Of a stretch of DNA of 64,000 bases, positions 1 to 10,152 are shown piece by piece. Source of the stretch: a virus (taxonomy: Duplodnaviria; Caudoviricetes); the IMG/VR virus record IMGVR_UViG_3300021431_000075, positions 256,001 through 320,000 of that record; one strand, written 5' to 3'. The position numbers and the translations under genes were made by a program. The first letter of the stretch is position 1; every line of letters begins with the position of its first letter. The notes under the pieces are model-generated. The model did no database searches, was not told the DNA's origin, and worked only from the letters and a program-made list of their open reading frames with translations.

Positions 1-211
1 CGTTCTGCGCCTGTATCCACGACACGTCTATGACCATCCCCGGACGCATCGTCCTGTAGCCTATTCCGTACTCGCCGCCATAGTGGTCGCTCTTGACATA
101 AACCTCGACATCCTTCGTCCTCACGAACGCGGTCTGTCCCATGCGGAAACCCCGCTCGGCAAGCCACTGCGCGTTCCCGAAGGACACGTAATCATTCTTG
201 TTCATTTCCAT
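1..211 (-). CDS. Hypothetical phage protein, runs off the window edge (MEMNKNDYVSFGNAQWLAERGF...)
   Basis: Manually translated from ATG at 211; N-terminus resembles that of 2759..3205 (..LLKKHGF). Confidence 0.6.
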   Translation of the reverse strand, partial: MEMNKNDYVSFGNAQWLAERGFRMGQTAFVRTKDVEVYVKSDHYGGEYGIGYRTMRPGMVIDVSWIQAQN

Positions 212-239
212 CTGTTTTTATAAAGTAAAGTACAACATG

Positions 240-608
240 TCATCTGAATTTCTCAAGGTACTCTATCTTCCTGCTCAGCTTCTCTATTGTTTTGTCTATG
301 TAGTCTCTGCGGAAGTCAAGCGCGTCCTGCCTTGAAGTGAAGGCGTATATCTCGTTCACCATGTTAGGCTCGTTGTCGATGAAGTACGCGTTGCTCGTGC
401 TTGCATGCTTGTCATGCACCCATTTCAGGTCAACTCCCGTATGCTTCCTGCTGCTGTCGAACTGGATGTACGTTAGAGTCTCCGTGCGGTAGATGTCGCG
501 CACCTTGACCGGATATATGTACATGGACAGGTCGTATGTCCTCTGGACCCTCGTGATTACATACATCCTGTCGCCCCTGCTCAATTCTCCGAAAGATTTT
601 CTGCTCAA
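240..608 (-). CDS. Hypothetical protein (122 aa)
   Basis: ORF in co-directional minus-strand operon. Confidence 0.7.
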   Translation of the reverse strand: MSRKSFGELSRGDRMYVITRVQRTYDLSMYIYPVKVRDIYRTETLTYIQFDSSRKHTGVDLKWVHDKHASTSNAYFIDNEPNMVNEIYAFTSRQDALDFRRDYIDKTIEKLSRKIEYLEKFR

Positions 609-637
609 TCCATGACCGGTAAGATTTTATATGGCTA

Positions 638-1366
638 TCAGCCCTTCTTCCTATATATCCGCTTCTCGTACAGCGCGTCAAAGTCCTCCTTGCTGATTCT
701 GACCATCGTCCCGTTAATCTCCGTCCTGTATATGTTCAGGTCAACGCGTTCCCCGTCCGGCGTCAGCATGTACAGCGTGCCCTTCGTGTCGTAGTCGCCG
801 TTCCTCTCGTCCGTCAGGAACTTCCTCTCGTATATGACGAACTTCTTCGACGACGGATAGTACGGCATTTTGATAGGATACATGTCGTCAAGGAACGACA
901 TGTCGGACACGTACTTGTCAGCCGGGTTGTCGATGTTCACGAAGTATCCCCTGTCCAAATCCTTGTAGCGGATTCTGCCGTCCAGTCCCTCGATGCGGAA
1001 AACGGACATGCATCTCCTGCACTGTATGTACGAGCGGTATCCTTCCCTGCGCAGATCGTCCGGACTCATGATTGATAGTTCCTCTGCGCTGAATCCCTCC
1101 TTCAGGAAATCCGCGTCAGTAATCGGCATCAGCGGCTGGTTGTGAAGAAGCCTCTCAAGAATCATGGTCATCACCGGGAACTGCGCGCCTGTCAGGTTTC
1201 CCTTTATGCATTTCTCATATGCGGACAACGCGACATCGTAGCAAGCCTGCAGATAGTCGTGACCGTCATCTCCATTGTCATTGCTGTTCTTCCTGCGGCA
1301 TGCGAGCTCGACCTCGTGCTCCGCCCACAGAAGATGCCTGTTTGTTTCCTTTTTCTTTCTTGCCAT
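638..1366 (-). CDS. Hypothetical phage protein (242 aa) with a CxxC motif
   Basis: Long ORF in operon; QCRRC. Confidence 0.75.
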   Translation of the reverse strand: MARKKKETNRHLLWAEHEVELACRRKNSNDNGDDGHDYLQACYDVALSAYEKCIKGNLTGAQFPVMTMILERLLHNQPLMPITDADFLKEGFSAEELSIMSPDDLRREGYRSYIQCRRCMSVFRIEGLDGRIRYKDLDRGYFVNIDNPADKYVSDMSFLDDMYPIKMPYYPSSKKFVIYERKFLTDERNGDYDTKGTLYMLTPDGERVDLNIYRTEINGTMVRISKEDFDALYEKRIYRKKG

Positions 1367-1381
1367 ATGTGATAATTCGTT

Positions 1382-2131
1382 TTAGAACAATCCGGATGCC
1401 TCGTCTTCCATCCGCTGTCTTGCAATCTCATAATAACCGCCGTCTTTCTCGATTCCGATGAACCTTCTTCCGAGCCTGCTGCACGCAACGCCCGTGCTCC
1501 CGCTTCCCATGCAGAAGTCAAGCACCAAGTCATCTGGATTCGAATAAAGGCTCACGATGCGTTCCATCAGCCTGACAGGTTTCTGTGTCGGATGAGCGAC
1601 CTTCTCCTTCGAGTTGTGCGGAAGCGCTGGTATGTCTGCCCATACATCGGAAAGGGTGACTCCGTCCTTCAACGTTCCCCTCGTGTACTCAGGTCTTGCG
1701 GACTCGACATTGACCTTGATGCTGTTGAAGGTTCCGCCATCGCCCTTGCAGAAGTGGAGAATCGGCTCGTATCCGGAAGCAAGAGCGCGTCCTCGGGTGT
1801 TGTTGAAGCCGCGCTTCCTTGCCCAGATGATTGTCCGGACATCTGTCCATTCAATCTCATCAATGGCTATGTTGGAGATCTGGCGCATCATCTGCCTGCT
1901 GGCGAACAGGATGATGTTCGCGTTGTCTTTTGCCACGGAATCAACTTTCACCAAGACATCACGGACCCAGTCGAGATACTCATCCGGTGTGTTCCACTGG
2001 TTGTCGAAATCGTCGCTGACCACTTTGTAGTACGGAAGGTCCGTGATTACGCAATCAGCAACAACAGACTGTCCAGCCAGCCTGTCGAGAACCTCGGAAC
2101 AGTCTCCGTTATATAGAGACGACTCCTTCAT
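1382..2131 (-). CDS. DNA methyltransferase, N4-cytosine/N6-adenine family (beta-type motif order)
   Basis: LYNGDC, TDLPY (DPPY-like), HPTQKP, LDFCMGSGSTG, FIGIEKD; probable start ATG 2131 overlaps the upstream TGA. Confidence 0.92.
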   Translation of the reverse strand: MKESSLYNGDCSEVLDRLAGQSVVADCVITDLPYYKVVSDDFDNQWNTPDEYLDWVRDVLVKVDSVAKDNANIILFASRQMMRQISNIAIDEIEWTDVRTIIWARKRGFNNTRGRALASGYEPILHFCKGDGGTFNSIKVNVESARPEYTRGTLKDGVTLSDVWADIPALPHNSKEKVAHPTQKPVRLMERIVSLYSNPDDLVLDFCMGSGSTGVACSRLGRRFIGIEKDGGYYEIARQRMEDEASGLF

Positions 2132-2745
2132 CACGAGAACAGGTATTTGATGAAGTCCATCGCCTTGCGGAACCATGTCCTCTCATCTGTATTCACAGCC
2201 ACAGGTTCCGAAATCTCGGTATTATATTTCCTGACAAGCCTGAGCTTCTCGATATAGGTGGCCGGCATCACATGACCGTACGGCGTGAACTTCATGTCCG
2301 GATACGACACCCCGTACGAGTCGATGCACATGCTTGCGGAAACCTCTCCGCCGCTAATCTCCTTCACCTCGAATATGTACCCGTATGTCTTGAGAACGTC
2401 TCCGGGCTTCGCGTCGGCAAGCGTCCAGTTCCGGAACCTGCAACCGTCCGTGACCATCACGCTCTTTCCGCTCTCGCCAATCAGATGGTCGTTCTCGTCG
2501 GACATGTACGTCTTTCCGACCTTGAACTCGCTTCCGTTCTCGCTCTCAACGCACACGTAGAAGTTCCCTCCGGCAACAGCGCAGCCGCCGTGCCTGTACT
2601 GAGGAAGGTCTTTCTGGCATATCAGGCGCTCGTGCCCGCTCACGTAGTGCTGGACCAGGCACGAGTCCGCCATCACCTCGGTGATGATGAACTTCTCGCC
2701 GGTGCTTGTATTGACGAGTATGTCGTTCTTGCTGTACTTTTCCAT
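2131..2745 (-). CDS. Hypothetical protein
   Basis: ORF, probable start MEKYSKND at 2745; contains WTLADAKPGDVL. Confidence 0.7.
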   Translation of the reverse strand: MEKYSKNDILVNTSTGEKFIITEVMADSCLVQHYVSGHERLICQKDLPQYRHGGCAVAGGNFYVCVESENGSEFKVGKTYMSDENDHLIGESGKSVMVTDGCRFRNWTLADAKPGDVLKTYGYIFEVKEISGGEVSASMCIDSYGVSYPDMKFTPYGHVMPATYIEKLRLVRKYNTEISEPVAVNTDERTWFRKAMDFIKYLFS

Positions 2746-2758
2746 TGTGGTGTCTATA

Positions 2759-3205
2759 TTAGAGAATTTCCTCAAGAGTGTACTTGGCAAGCGTCTCGAA
2801 CGCGTCGCTGGAGCTCTCGTAGTCGAACTCGTCTATCTCGGTCTCGAACGGCATGCACTTGTTGCCCATGTCCTTTATGACGCCGATGAACGCATAGCCC
2901 CTCTTGTTCGCTGCAGGAATGCAGTCGATCTTGATGAAGATGCCCCATTTATCGGCAAGCCAGTCATGCACTGTCTGGTGCGTCGGAGCGGCAAGCGCGT
3001 TGTCGTACTGGGATGCAAGAGTGCCGTTGGTGCATATGGAAATGCTGTTGCCGTCACATGTCATCAGAACCCTCGTTCCGCTCTCCGCAGGTTTCCAGAA
3101 CGCGCGGCACTTCTCATTGAAGCCGTGCTTCTTGAGCAGCTCGCACAGAGCCTCGCTCGCAATCCGCTCTGTCGTTACGACAGATGTATCTATATAATTA
3201 TCCAT
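2759..3205 (-). CDS. Hypothetical phage protein (148 aa)
   Basis: ORF in operon; LLKKHGF...APT...WL pattern. Confidence 0.7.
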   Translation of the reverse strand: MDNYIDTSVVTTERIASEALCELLKKHGFNEKCRAFWKPAESGTRVLMTCDGNSISICTNGTLASQYDNALAAPTHQTVHDWLADKWGIFIKIDCIPAANKRGYAFIGVIKDMGNKCMPFETEIDEFDYESSSDAFETLAKYTLEEIL

Positions 3206-3226
3206 AGCAGTGTCTTGTTTCTTGTT

Positions 3227-3634
3227 CTATTCAACTTTGTTCTTTGCTATCGGCTGTACGGTAAATTGCGTCTGCTTCGGTCTCACGACGCAATTCGTGA
3301 TAAGGTCAACACCCCATCCGACAACTCCTCCGAGTATGATATTGGCAAAAGTCCAGCCATTGACCTGCTTGTCCAGAAATAAGTCATTGAACAAATAGTG
3401 CTCCGACTCGATATGGATCCTCTGATCTTTCAACTTGTGCTTATCGACTTGAACCACGGCCGGAAGCATAACCCGCGTATAAGTCTGCTTTTCCGTCCTG
3501 ATTGTCACCGGCTCGTCAATCTGACCATTGATTGTAATACTCGGATCGCCACCTGCACAGATAGTCGCGCATGATGAGAATGTCATCAGCGCAATCGCTG
3601 CAAAAAGAAATAAAATTAACTTTCTCTGTTCCAT
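3227..3634 (-). CDS. Putative lipoprotein
   Basis: Hydrophobic signal peptide ending LMTFSS-C (lipobox-like), followed by ATI; second hydrophobic stretch IILGGVVGWGVD. Confidence 0.8.
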   Translation of the reverse strand: MEQRKLILFLFAAIALMTFSSCATICAGGDPSITINGQIDEPVTIRTEKQTYTRVMLPAVVQVDKHKLKDQRIHIESEHYLFNDLFLDKQVNGWTFANIILGGVVGWGVDLITNCVVRPKQTQFTVQPIAKNKVE

Positions 3635-3657
3635 AATGATTCTTTCTTATTTAGTAG

Positions 3658-4035
3658 TTAGACAACATCGTCAAGATAAGCCCACTTCTCGAACCCGCAC
3701 GTGTCCCAGGTCCTGTGAGCGGAAGGCTGGTCGTCGTACACCAGACGGTCGAAATGCTTGTCGTACATGCAGACGTACACGCTTCCGGACACGTCCTTTG
3801 CCAGGATCTTCCGCTTTCCGTCCGGACGGACATCCGGCTTGTGCCACACAGACCCGAAAACATACGAAAGGAAGTCGAACAGCGTCTGTCCAAGCTCGGC
3901 ATCCTTGTTCCGGGTCCTGCTAATCAGGACCTCAACCCTCTTCGACATCGGTTCCGTGTCATCCACCAGATAGTCATGGATGTTCTCCGGAATCGACAGT
4001 CTTTCAAACAGTTTCTTGCTTTTCTCGTTACTCAT
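3658..4035 (-). CDS. Hypothetical protein
   Basis: ORF in operon. Confidence 0.65.
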   Translation of the reverse strand: MSNEKSKKLFERLSIPENIHDYLVDDTEPMSKRVEVLISRTRNKDAELGQTLFDFLSYVFGSVWHKPDVRPDGKRKILAKDVSGSVYVCMYDKHFDRLVYDDQPSAHRTWDTCGFEKWAYLDDVV

Positions 4036-4054
4036 CGCTTCATATCTTTGGTTG

Positions 4055-4585
4055 TTATATTTCCATGCTCTTCAGCATCATGTAGATGTTCTCCGGATTC
4101 TGCTCGACCGCGAACACCCTTGACATCCTGTGAAGGAATCGGTCGTGCTCGTCGTTCTCATAAACAGGAATCTCAACCGAACTGTGCTTCTTGACATAAT
4201 CTATGCAATTCTCAAGGCTGTCGCAGCACCACAGAATCTCCGCATTGTCCGACTCGCATGCTCCTGCCGGCCATATCTCGACAGAGTCGTCTCCATTGTC
4301 GTCCGTCAGCCTGACCACCTCGAACTCGTCAACCTCGTAGAACTGGTCGAGCTCTGGGGAATATAGAAGTTCCTTGTATCCGCATACAAGCCATCCGATG
4401 ACCGTCTTGTTGCAGATGCCCGAATATCCCTTGATGGTTCCGTCGCTCTCTATGCGGAAATACTCGGCTGACGCGTCTGCCGAATCGTATTCATATGTTC
4501 CGCCATAGAACGTCAATATATCGATGATTCTATTCAGCGGCGTCCGCGAGTTCATCCTCACGAACATCTTCTTTGGTTTCTGCAT
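4055..4585 (-). CDS. Hypothetical protein (start uncertain; overlaps upstream ORF)
   Basis: ORF 4055..4642; plausible start MQKPKK at 4585. Confidence 0.55.
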   Translation of the reverse strand: MQKPKKMFVRMNSRTPLNRIIDILTFYGGTYEYDSADASAEYFRIESDGTIKGYSGICNKTVIGWLVCGYKELLYSPELDQFYEVDEFEVVRLTDDNGDDSVEIWPAGACESDNAEILWCCDSLENCIDYVKKHSSVEIPVYENDEHDRFLHRMSRVFAVEQNPENIYMMLKSMEI

Positions 4586-4973
4586 CTGTCCCGATGATAT
4601 TTCTTGTATTTGAGTTAAGGTATGCGGCATGAGCCTCGGCATCCTCTTTCCTGAAGAACATGTTTCCGTTCGTCATTCTGTATAGTTCGTCCGTGGTTTT
4701 CTGTCCCCACTTGGCGGATTTCACGACGAACCCGAACGAGCCGTCGTCCGTCATCTCGACATAATAGTAGTCCGGCACGTCGGTCTTGACCTCGTCGATG
4801 TAGCCCTTGGTCAACAATACGTGCGTGAAGTGCTGTTTCCCGCGCTCGTCGATAATGATTCCGTTCTTGCTCTTATAAAACTTGTTCGGAGTGAAAGCGA
4901 CAACCTTATTGCCCAGGAATTCTCTTTGAACATATTCCTTGACACATTTGTACGTTGCTATGACATCTTCCAT
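4530..4973 (-). CDS. Hypothetical protein, first gene of an early operon
   Basis: Start MEDVIA at 4973, downstream of the TAnnTTTG box at 5010-5017. Confidence 0.65.
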   Translation of the reverse strand: MEDVIATYKCVKEYVQREFLGNKVVAFTPNKFYKSKNGIIIDERGKQHFTHVLLTKGYIDEVKTDVPDYYYVEMTDDGSFGFVVKSAKWGQKTTDELYRMTNGNMFFRKEDAEAHAAYLNSNTRNIIGTDAETKEDVREDELADAAE

Positions 4974-5009
4974 TTTGCTTTCCCTTTTTGTCAAAAACAT
5001 TTTCATTGA

Positions 5010-5090
5010 CAAATATATGAAAGATTTATAAACAAAACAAGAGTTTGCACGAAAAAAATTGCAAACTCTTTATTTTTTTAACATTTGTTA
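5010..5090 (-). promoter_or_regulatory. Bacteroidetes sigma-A-type promoter (-7 TAnnTTTG) with upstream TTAAC/GTTAA boxes
   Basis: TATATTTG on minus strand at 5010-5017, TTG at about -33; same architecture at 12556, 15338, 18267, 19748, 23762, 24758, 27296 and 42378. Confidence 0.75.
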
Positions 5091-5134
5091 ATTATTGTCT
5101 GTCGATTAACAAACTTAAAATCTCACTTTTCTTT

Positions 5135-6250
5135 CTATCTCGCCCTGATGATGTAAGCCATCGCGAAGTACCTCGGCTTGTTCTCATGCGCCTGCGATGC
5201 ATTCGAACTCTCACTCGAGTTGACATCGACTGTCGTGCTCCCTGAATTTCCGGTGAATCCGTTTCCAGCCTTCGCTTCAAGATACAGCCTTCCGCCTTCC
5301 CTGTCGTTATGGGTATCGAAGTCTATGTTGAGCGTCGGGCTTGGTCCGGTCTTGTTCACGAACGCGCCTTCCGGCTTGAACTTCGAATCATCATACCGTC
5401 CGATACCGAGCATCGAGTCGTCGGCGGTGAACGAACCGCTGATCTGGTATGAACCGACACCGTGAGTATGACCGGAAGTCGTATGGCTGTGCGCCGGAAG
5501 CCCGGACTGGTAGCTTGTCAGCTGCACGGTCCCCTTTCCGCCCTGCTTGTGGAGGGAGTAGTCCCCGGAGCTGTCGGACCCGTCGTATCCGACCACGAAC
5601 CTCGACCTCAGGTCCGGAACCCTGAACGAGTCGCTCTGTGGACTCGTCCACACGTTCTGCGAGTTGTGGTCGTCGGTTGGCTTGAACTGCGTGTTGTAGC
5701 CTTCGCCTATCGCGTCGAACAGATGCGGATATTCGTTCTTGCTGTACTCGCTTCCGTCGCAGAGCAGGTATCCCTCCGGAATGCTGCTGTCCGAGCCGGA
5801 CCATATCTTGATTTCTCCGAACAGGCTTCCGCAGTTCTTTCCGAACACGAACTGTCTCCATTCGAACGTCTCCGGAGCGCTTGCCGTATCCTCAGGCTCC
5901 ACAGGACTTATCCATCTTTTCGTGTACGCGTTCTGGTAGTTCACGTTGTTGGACTGTATGCTTATCCACTTCTTGCGCAGATAGACAGTAGTCGGAGTAT
6001 CCGTCACGTTTTCTGCGTCGTAGAACAGAACCTCTCCCTCTGGATGGTCGATGGTCTTCACGAACACGTATCCGGTTCCCCTTCCATTTCCGTTCGCGCC
6101 GCACCCGCTCAGTATCACGCATTTCGCGTTGCATATGTTTCCGATGATCTGGCTCATGTAGTTGTTCGTCTGGATATAGTCCAGCGTCTCGCAGTCCATC
6201 GGGAACGAGTAGTTCGTTTGTCCGGTATAGTTGCCCTGAATGAAATCCAT
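5135..6250 (-). CDS. Phage tail-collar domain protein (tail fibre/baseplate related)
   Basis: GEIKIWSG..IPEGYLLCDGSEYSKNEYPHLFDAIG..FRVPDLRSRFVVG and C-terminal AHENKPRYFAMAYII; GATAAATA box at 6272-6279. Confidence 0.9.
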   Translation of the reverse strand: MDFIQGNYTGQTNYSFPMDCETLDYIQTNNYMSQIIGNICNAKCVILSGCGANGNGRGTGYVFVKTIDHPEGEVLFYDAENVTDTPTTVYLRKKWISIQSNNVNYQNAYTKRWISPVEPEDTASAPETFEWRQFVFGKNCGSLFGEIKIWSGSDSSIPEGYLLCDGSEYSKNEYPHLFDAIGEGYNTQFKPTDDHNSQNVWTSPQSDSFRVPDLRSRFVVGYDGSDSSGDYSLHKQGGKGTVQLTSYQSGLPAHSHTTSGHTHGVGSYQISGSFTADDSMLGIGRYDDSKFKPEGAFVNKTGPSPTLNIDFDTHNDREGGRLYLEAKAGNGFTGNSGSTTVDVNSSESSNASQAHENKPRYFAMAYIIRAR

Positions 6251-6271
6251 CAGCAGGATGACAAATTTTTC

Positions 6272-6279
6272 TATTTATC
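6272..6279 (-). promoter_or_regulatory. T4-late-like promoter box GATAAATA
   Basis: About 20 nt upstream of the tail-collar ATG; the motif recurs before 16 or more genes. Confidence 0.65.
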
Positions 6280-6280
6280 T

Positions 6281-6739
6281 TCAAGCCGTGAAAATCTCCC
6301 CGTCAGTGACCAGCGTGTCCATCAGGTTGTAGAACTTAATCAGCCTGTCCAAGATGGCGCTTGCGACAAGCCCGACCTCGCGGATGAACGAGAACGGAAT
6401 CCTTTCTCCGCTCTTTGCGAGAATGTTATATGTACCGGTCTCCGGAACGAAGATGACGGAAACTATTTCAACCTTGTCCGGACGGAATCCGCTGCCGTCG
6501 TCGTTCGCGACATCGACCATGACAGAGTCTATGTTCTTGATGCCGAAGATGCGGTGCGCGTTGTAAGCCTTGCCAAGCAAACCGGCAATCAGCATGTCCT
6601 CTGTCTTCTTCGCGTCCATGTACAGTTCATGTGTTTCCGGCTTGTCCAGCTTGTTAATATCCTCACAGCATTCCAATAAGGATACGAGGTCCAAGCGGTT
6701 CTTGGACGGTTCGAGCTTTCTGAATTCTTCAATCGTCAT
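6281..6739 (-). CDS. Hypothetical protein
   Basis: ORF in operon. Confidence 0.7.
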   Translation of the reverse strand: MTIEEFRKLEPSKNRLDLVSLLECCEDINKLDKPETHELYMDAKKTEDMLIAGLLGKAYNAHRIFGIKNIDSVMVDVANDDGSGFRPDKVEIVSVIFVPETGTYNILAKSGERIPFSFIREVGLVASAILDRLIKFYNLMDTLVTDGEIFTA

Positions 6740-6772
6740 TGCATTTTCGTTTTACGGTTGTTGATAATATCT

Positions 6773-7066
6773 TCAAGGTTTCATCTTCATTAGATGCGAG
6801 TAGTACTGGTTGTGATATATTGGAAGAATCTTCTTATCGCTTCTGTCGAGCCAGCAGGTGGAGCATCTTGTAATAAAGACCTCATCCCTGCGCTGCTGAA
6901 CTTCATCGTAGAACTTCTTATGGATTTCCGGATAAGTCCATCCGAACTTCTCGTGCAGGTCTCTGAAGGCGTCAACAAGATACACTCCGCCACCGGGGTC
7001 CTTATAATAGTAATTGTCGATACAGTAATCTACAATACTAAAAGAGCTTATCGCATTCGATTCCAT
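6773..7066 (-). CDS. Hypothetical protein
   Basis: Probable start MESNAISS at 7066. Confidence 0.55.
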   Translation of the reverse strand: MESNAISSFSIVDYCIDNYYYKDPGGGVYLVDAFRDLHEKFGWTYPEIHKKFYDEVQQRRDEVFITRCSTCWLDRSDKKILPIYHNQYYSHLMKMKP

Positions 7067-7490
7067 CTTCTTCCGGTAACGGATTCTCGCATTCGACCAA
7101 TTCTCTCCTTTCGCTGTCGTACTTGGTCCACCGCTTGGTATCCTCGTCATAGTTGTAGCCAACCTTGTCTATATACATACGGATTCTCCACAGCGTAATC
7201 ACCCTCTCCTTGAACATGTCACAGAGCACAGCAAGAGCCTTTCTGTACTCTTTCACTTCATCGCAATTTCCGTTTGCGGAATACAGGGTTCCCCAGTTTC
7301 CGTAACTTGTCGCGTTCAGATATCCGAGATCCACGACATAGTTCGAACAGTCGCTGCCTGTGTGAATCGTATAGCCGTGTTCTTTCAGATACTCATGGTC
7401 GCTATCAGACCTGTAGTCGATGCTGAATGCATATTCGCTGCGGACTACGCTCCTGAACGGTTCCGGGAACTTGCTTATGATTTCTTCCAT
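7038..7490 (-). CDS. Hypothetical protein, paralog of 7534..7968
   Basis: Shared FPE.FR..V.S...FSI.Y.S, CDMF, YD..T..W.K and CE.P. Confidence 0.75.
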   Translation of the reverse strand: MEEIISKFPEPFRSVVRSEYAFSIDYRSDSDHEYLKEHGYTIHTGSDCSNYVVDLGYLNATSYGNWGTLYSANGNCDEVKEYRKALAVLCDMFKERVITLWRIRMYIDKVGYNYDEDTKRWTKYDSERRELVECENPLPEEDGIECDKLF

Positions 7491-7533
7491 AATTTTGCTT
7501 GATTATAAATGATTGTTTCTAAATCTTGTCTCG

Positions 7534-7968
7534 CTAATCCACCGGACATTCGCACGGAAACCAGCGCATGCTTCCATCCATAAACTTGGACCACTGTCCG
7601 GTCTCTATGTCGTATCTGTAATGGTCGCCGCCGATTGTCAGTCCGACTCTGCGCAGGCTCACATATCCCTGGTTGAACATGTCACAGAACACGCGGAAAG
7701 AATCATTGTATCCGACTGGACTCATGCGTGCATAAACGATTCCATAATTATCACTGTCCTCGACTTTCAGGTCAGACAGACCGGATACTCGGCTTGCACC
7801 CCACGAGTCCATAGTCACCTCATATCCGTGGGAATCCAGATATTGCTGGTCGCAGTTTCCGCCATTCGAAGTATATTCGATACTGAAGTTGAATCCGGAC
7901 TTGACCGCTCTCCTGAACTGTTCAGGAAACTGCTCGATTACTTCTTTGATTGTCTTTGCCTTATCCAT
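7534..7968 (-). CDS. Hypothetical protein, paralog of 7038..7490
   Basis: Same shared motifs. Confidence 0.75.
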   Translation of the reverse strand: MDKAKTIKEVIEQFPEQFRRAVKSGFNFSIEYTSNGGNCDQQYLDSHGYEVTMDSWGASRVSGLSDLKVEDSDNYGIVYARMSPVGYNDSFRVFCDMFNQGYVSLRRVGLTIGGDHYRYDIETGQWSKFMDGSMRWFPCECPVD

Positions 7969-7983
7969 TGCCTTGTATTCTGG

Positions 7984-8247
7984 TTAATGAGTTTCAAATG
8001 AAGAAAGATATATGTACTCTCCGTATACTTTATGAGGAATTAACCCAGGCATTCCAGTCATTGAAATGCAAAAATGAGTAACCAAAATTGCTGGATAATG
8101 ACTTGGTTTCCCAAATAGAATTTCTTTAAAATCTTCTTCTTCTATAAAATTATTATCTTTTATATATGATAAATAATCTTCTTCATTAGACAACAATGCA
8201 GTAGCTATCTCATGCTCATTTTCTTTTGATGTTAAAATTTTGTACAT
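7984..8247 (-). CDS. Hypothetical protein (AT-rich insert)
   Basis: ORF with visibly lower GC than neighbours. Confidence 0.6.
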   Translation of the reverse strand: MYKILTSKENEHEIATALLSNEEDYLSYIKDNNFIEEEDFKEILFGKPSHYPAILVTHFCISMTGMPGLIPHKVYGEYIYLSSFETH

Positions 8248-8249
8248 AA

Positions 8250-9305
8250 TTATCTTATTTTATTATTCTTGGACATGACTGCACGGATGCTGCATCCGCA
8301 TTCTCTGGAGTTGTTGAACACGTGACCGGAATCACAATCTCCAAACGTGTAGATAAACGCTTCTCTATCATCTTCTGGATTATTATTCCTTGTCCAGTAG
8401 TCTCCGTCCGTTCTCAATCCGTATTCACGACCGCAAATAATCATACCGCCGACCGGCAAGAATAACTGGTTTCCATTACGGACAGACGTGAACAGCTGTC
8501 CGGCATACCTGTCAGTCTCAACATGCCTGCATGTGCAGTTTCTCTCGTCAAGCAGTTCCAAGAACTGTTCCTTCGACGGAACCATCCAACTTCCGCCAAG
8601 AACCTGCCTTGCTGCGTCGTCTTCCGGATAAAGTTCTGTCAGCCCGTCCTTGCTATAATACTTCAGCGCATCACGCGCATCATCATACCACAGATAGTTG
8701 CTCTCCCGGAACTCGTAAGATGAATCATGGACTTTCGTGTCGCCGAACGCGAAATATAGACCGTGTTCTGTCTTGTCATTCGCACCGATGTTCATCTCAG
8801 CCCACAGGGTTCCGCTCGGCAAGCCAAGGTCAACATACGGAAATCCGTTCGAATACAAGCCGCCGCCATGCCACGATTCCTCGGTAGCGTGTTTCGGGAT
8901 GCAAACCACGAGAGGCTCCTTGACCTTGAACTGCTTCAGCAGATGCTGGATATCGCTGACGTACATCACGTTCTGTCTGATTACGGGATTCTGCTCGTCG
9001 TCATATACAATCAGCTCAAGTCTGCAGTCGCTCCAGTGGAATATGTGGATTTTCACGTTGCCCACAGTCAGAGTCGAAGTTCCTCCGATTCTTTCAAAGC
9101 CCAACCGCTTCATCACGCTCGCACTGAGGGGAACCGGCAGCAGGTTGCTGAACGAGGTCTCAATCTTGAATCCGTTCTCGTCAACAATCCTGACGCTTCC
9201 GCTCTCACCGTCCATAGCGACCACAGTATAGAACTTGCGCTTATTGCTGTCATTCTCGAAAAGCTGGACATAGTCTCCCAGCATTATGTTATCAATAGTA
9301 ATCAT
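8250..9305 (-). CDS. Two-domain protein: phage N-domain plus a C-terminal VDLGLPSGTLWA (Fib_succ_major/DUF1566-like) domain
   Basis: YVDLGLPSGTLWAEMNIGA..WMVPSKEQFLEL..LFLP..YWT..GCSIRAV. Confidence 0.8.
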   Translation of the reverse strand: MITIDNIMLGDYVQLFENDSNKRKFYTVVAMDGESGSVRIVDENGFKIETSFSNLLPVPLSASVMKRLGFERIGGTSTLTVGNVKIHIFHWSDCRLELIVYDDEQNPVIRQNVMYVSDIQHLLKQFKVKEPLVVCIPKHATEESWHGGGLYSNGFPYVDLGLPSGTLWAEMNIGANDKTEHGLYFAFGDTKVHDSSYEFRESNYLWYDDARDALKYYSKDGLTELYPEDDAARQVLGGSWMVPSKEQFLELLDERNCTCRHVETDRYAGQLFTSVRNGNQLFLPVGGMIICGREYGLRTDGDYWTRNNNPEDDREAFIYTFGDCDSGHVFNNSRECGCSIRAVMSKNNKIR

Positions 9306-9390
9306 TGTCTTATCTGTTTTATATAAAAGATTCCTGTTTATCGAGTTCCTTGTTGAAAACAGTATATAACTTCATGCAGTAGCAATGGAA

Positions 9391-10152
9391 TTACATTTCA
9401 CTGTCAAGTCCGGCATTATCCGCATATGGAGACTTCATCAGCACATGGAGACTGTCATCGCTGTCAATCCATGCGGAACCGACGTTCGACTGCCGTGCCG
9501 CGTCAAGCATCCGGTTCACCGTTCCGAGCTGTTTATCTGACAGCTTGAATGTCGTTCCATCGACAGTTATATGGACAGAACCGTCCTTGAACACGACCGA
9601 GTTCTCACTGGCATCTACCTTGACAGACGTATCCGCATAAGGAAATCCGTCAGGACCGACCTCGATTGCGAGATCCATCTCCAGCAGGTTCGCATTGTCT
9701 ATATGCTTCGCGTACATCCAGTCGAAACCTTCGGACATCGTGTTGAGAACCTTGTGCAGTTCGTTCTGCGAAATCATGGACAGAAGGAAGTTTGTCAGGG
9801 AACCTGTTCCGGACACGTCCATGCTGCTTGTTTCGCTCAGCCGCGCAAGCGGAGAGTTCGGAGACTTCATCGAGTACAGGTACGGCTTCACGAACTCGAC
9901 CGGCACAAGGTACTCATCGCAACCGTCAAGCTCCAGCAGCGAGACACGCTCCCCCATGATTCCGTAAATCGTGTATGCACGGGACTTCATGTTCTCGTAC
10001 AGTTCCGGTCTCAACCTGCATGCCTTCTCAACCTTGTCCTTGTACTCCGTGTTCCATTCCAGATAACCGTCAAGGTCGAGCCTGCACTTCAGACCGTACG
10101 GGAAATGCTTCGCTATCTCGCGCAGAAGCAACATCCTATGACTGTTTTCCAT
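9391..10152 (-). CDS. Hypothetical phage protein
   Basis: PYGLKC, VKPYL, HID..L..LAIE motifs. Confidence 0.7.
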   Translation of the reverse strand: MENSHRMLLLREIAKHFPYGLKCRLDLDGYLEWNTEYKDKVEKACRLRPELYENMKSRAYTIYGIMGERVSLLELDGCDEYLVPVEFVKPYLYSMKSPNSPLARLSETSSMDVSGTGSLTNFLLSMISQNELHKVLNTMSEGFDWMYAKHIDNANLLEMDLAIEVGPDGFPYADTSVKVDASENSVVFKDGSVHITVDGTTFKLSDKQLGTVNRMLDAARQSNVGSAWIDSDDSLHVLMKSPYADNAGLDSEM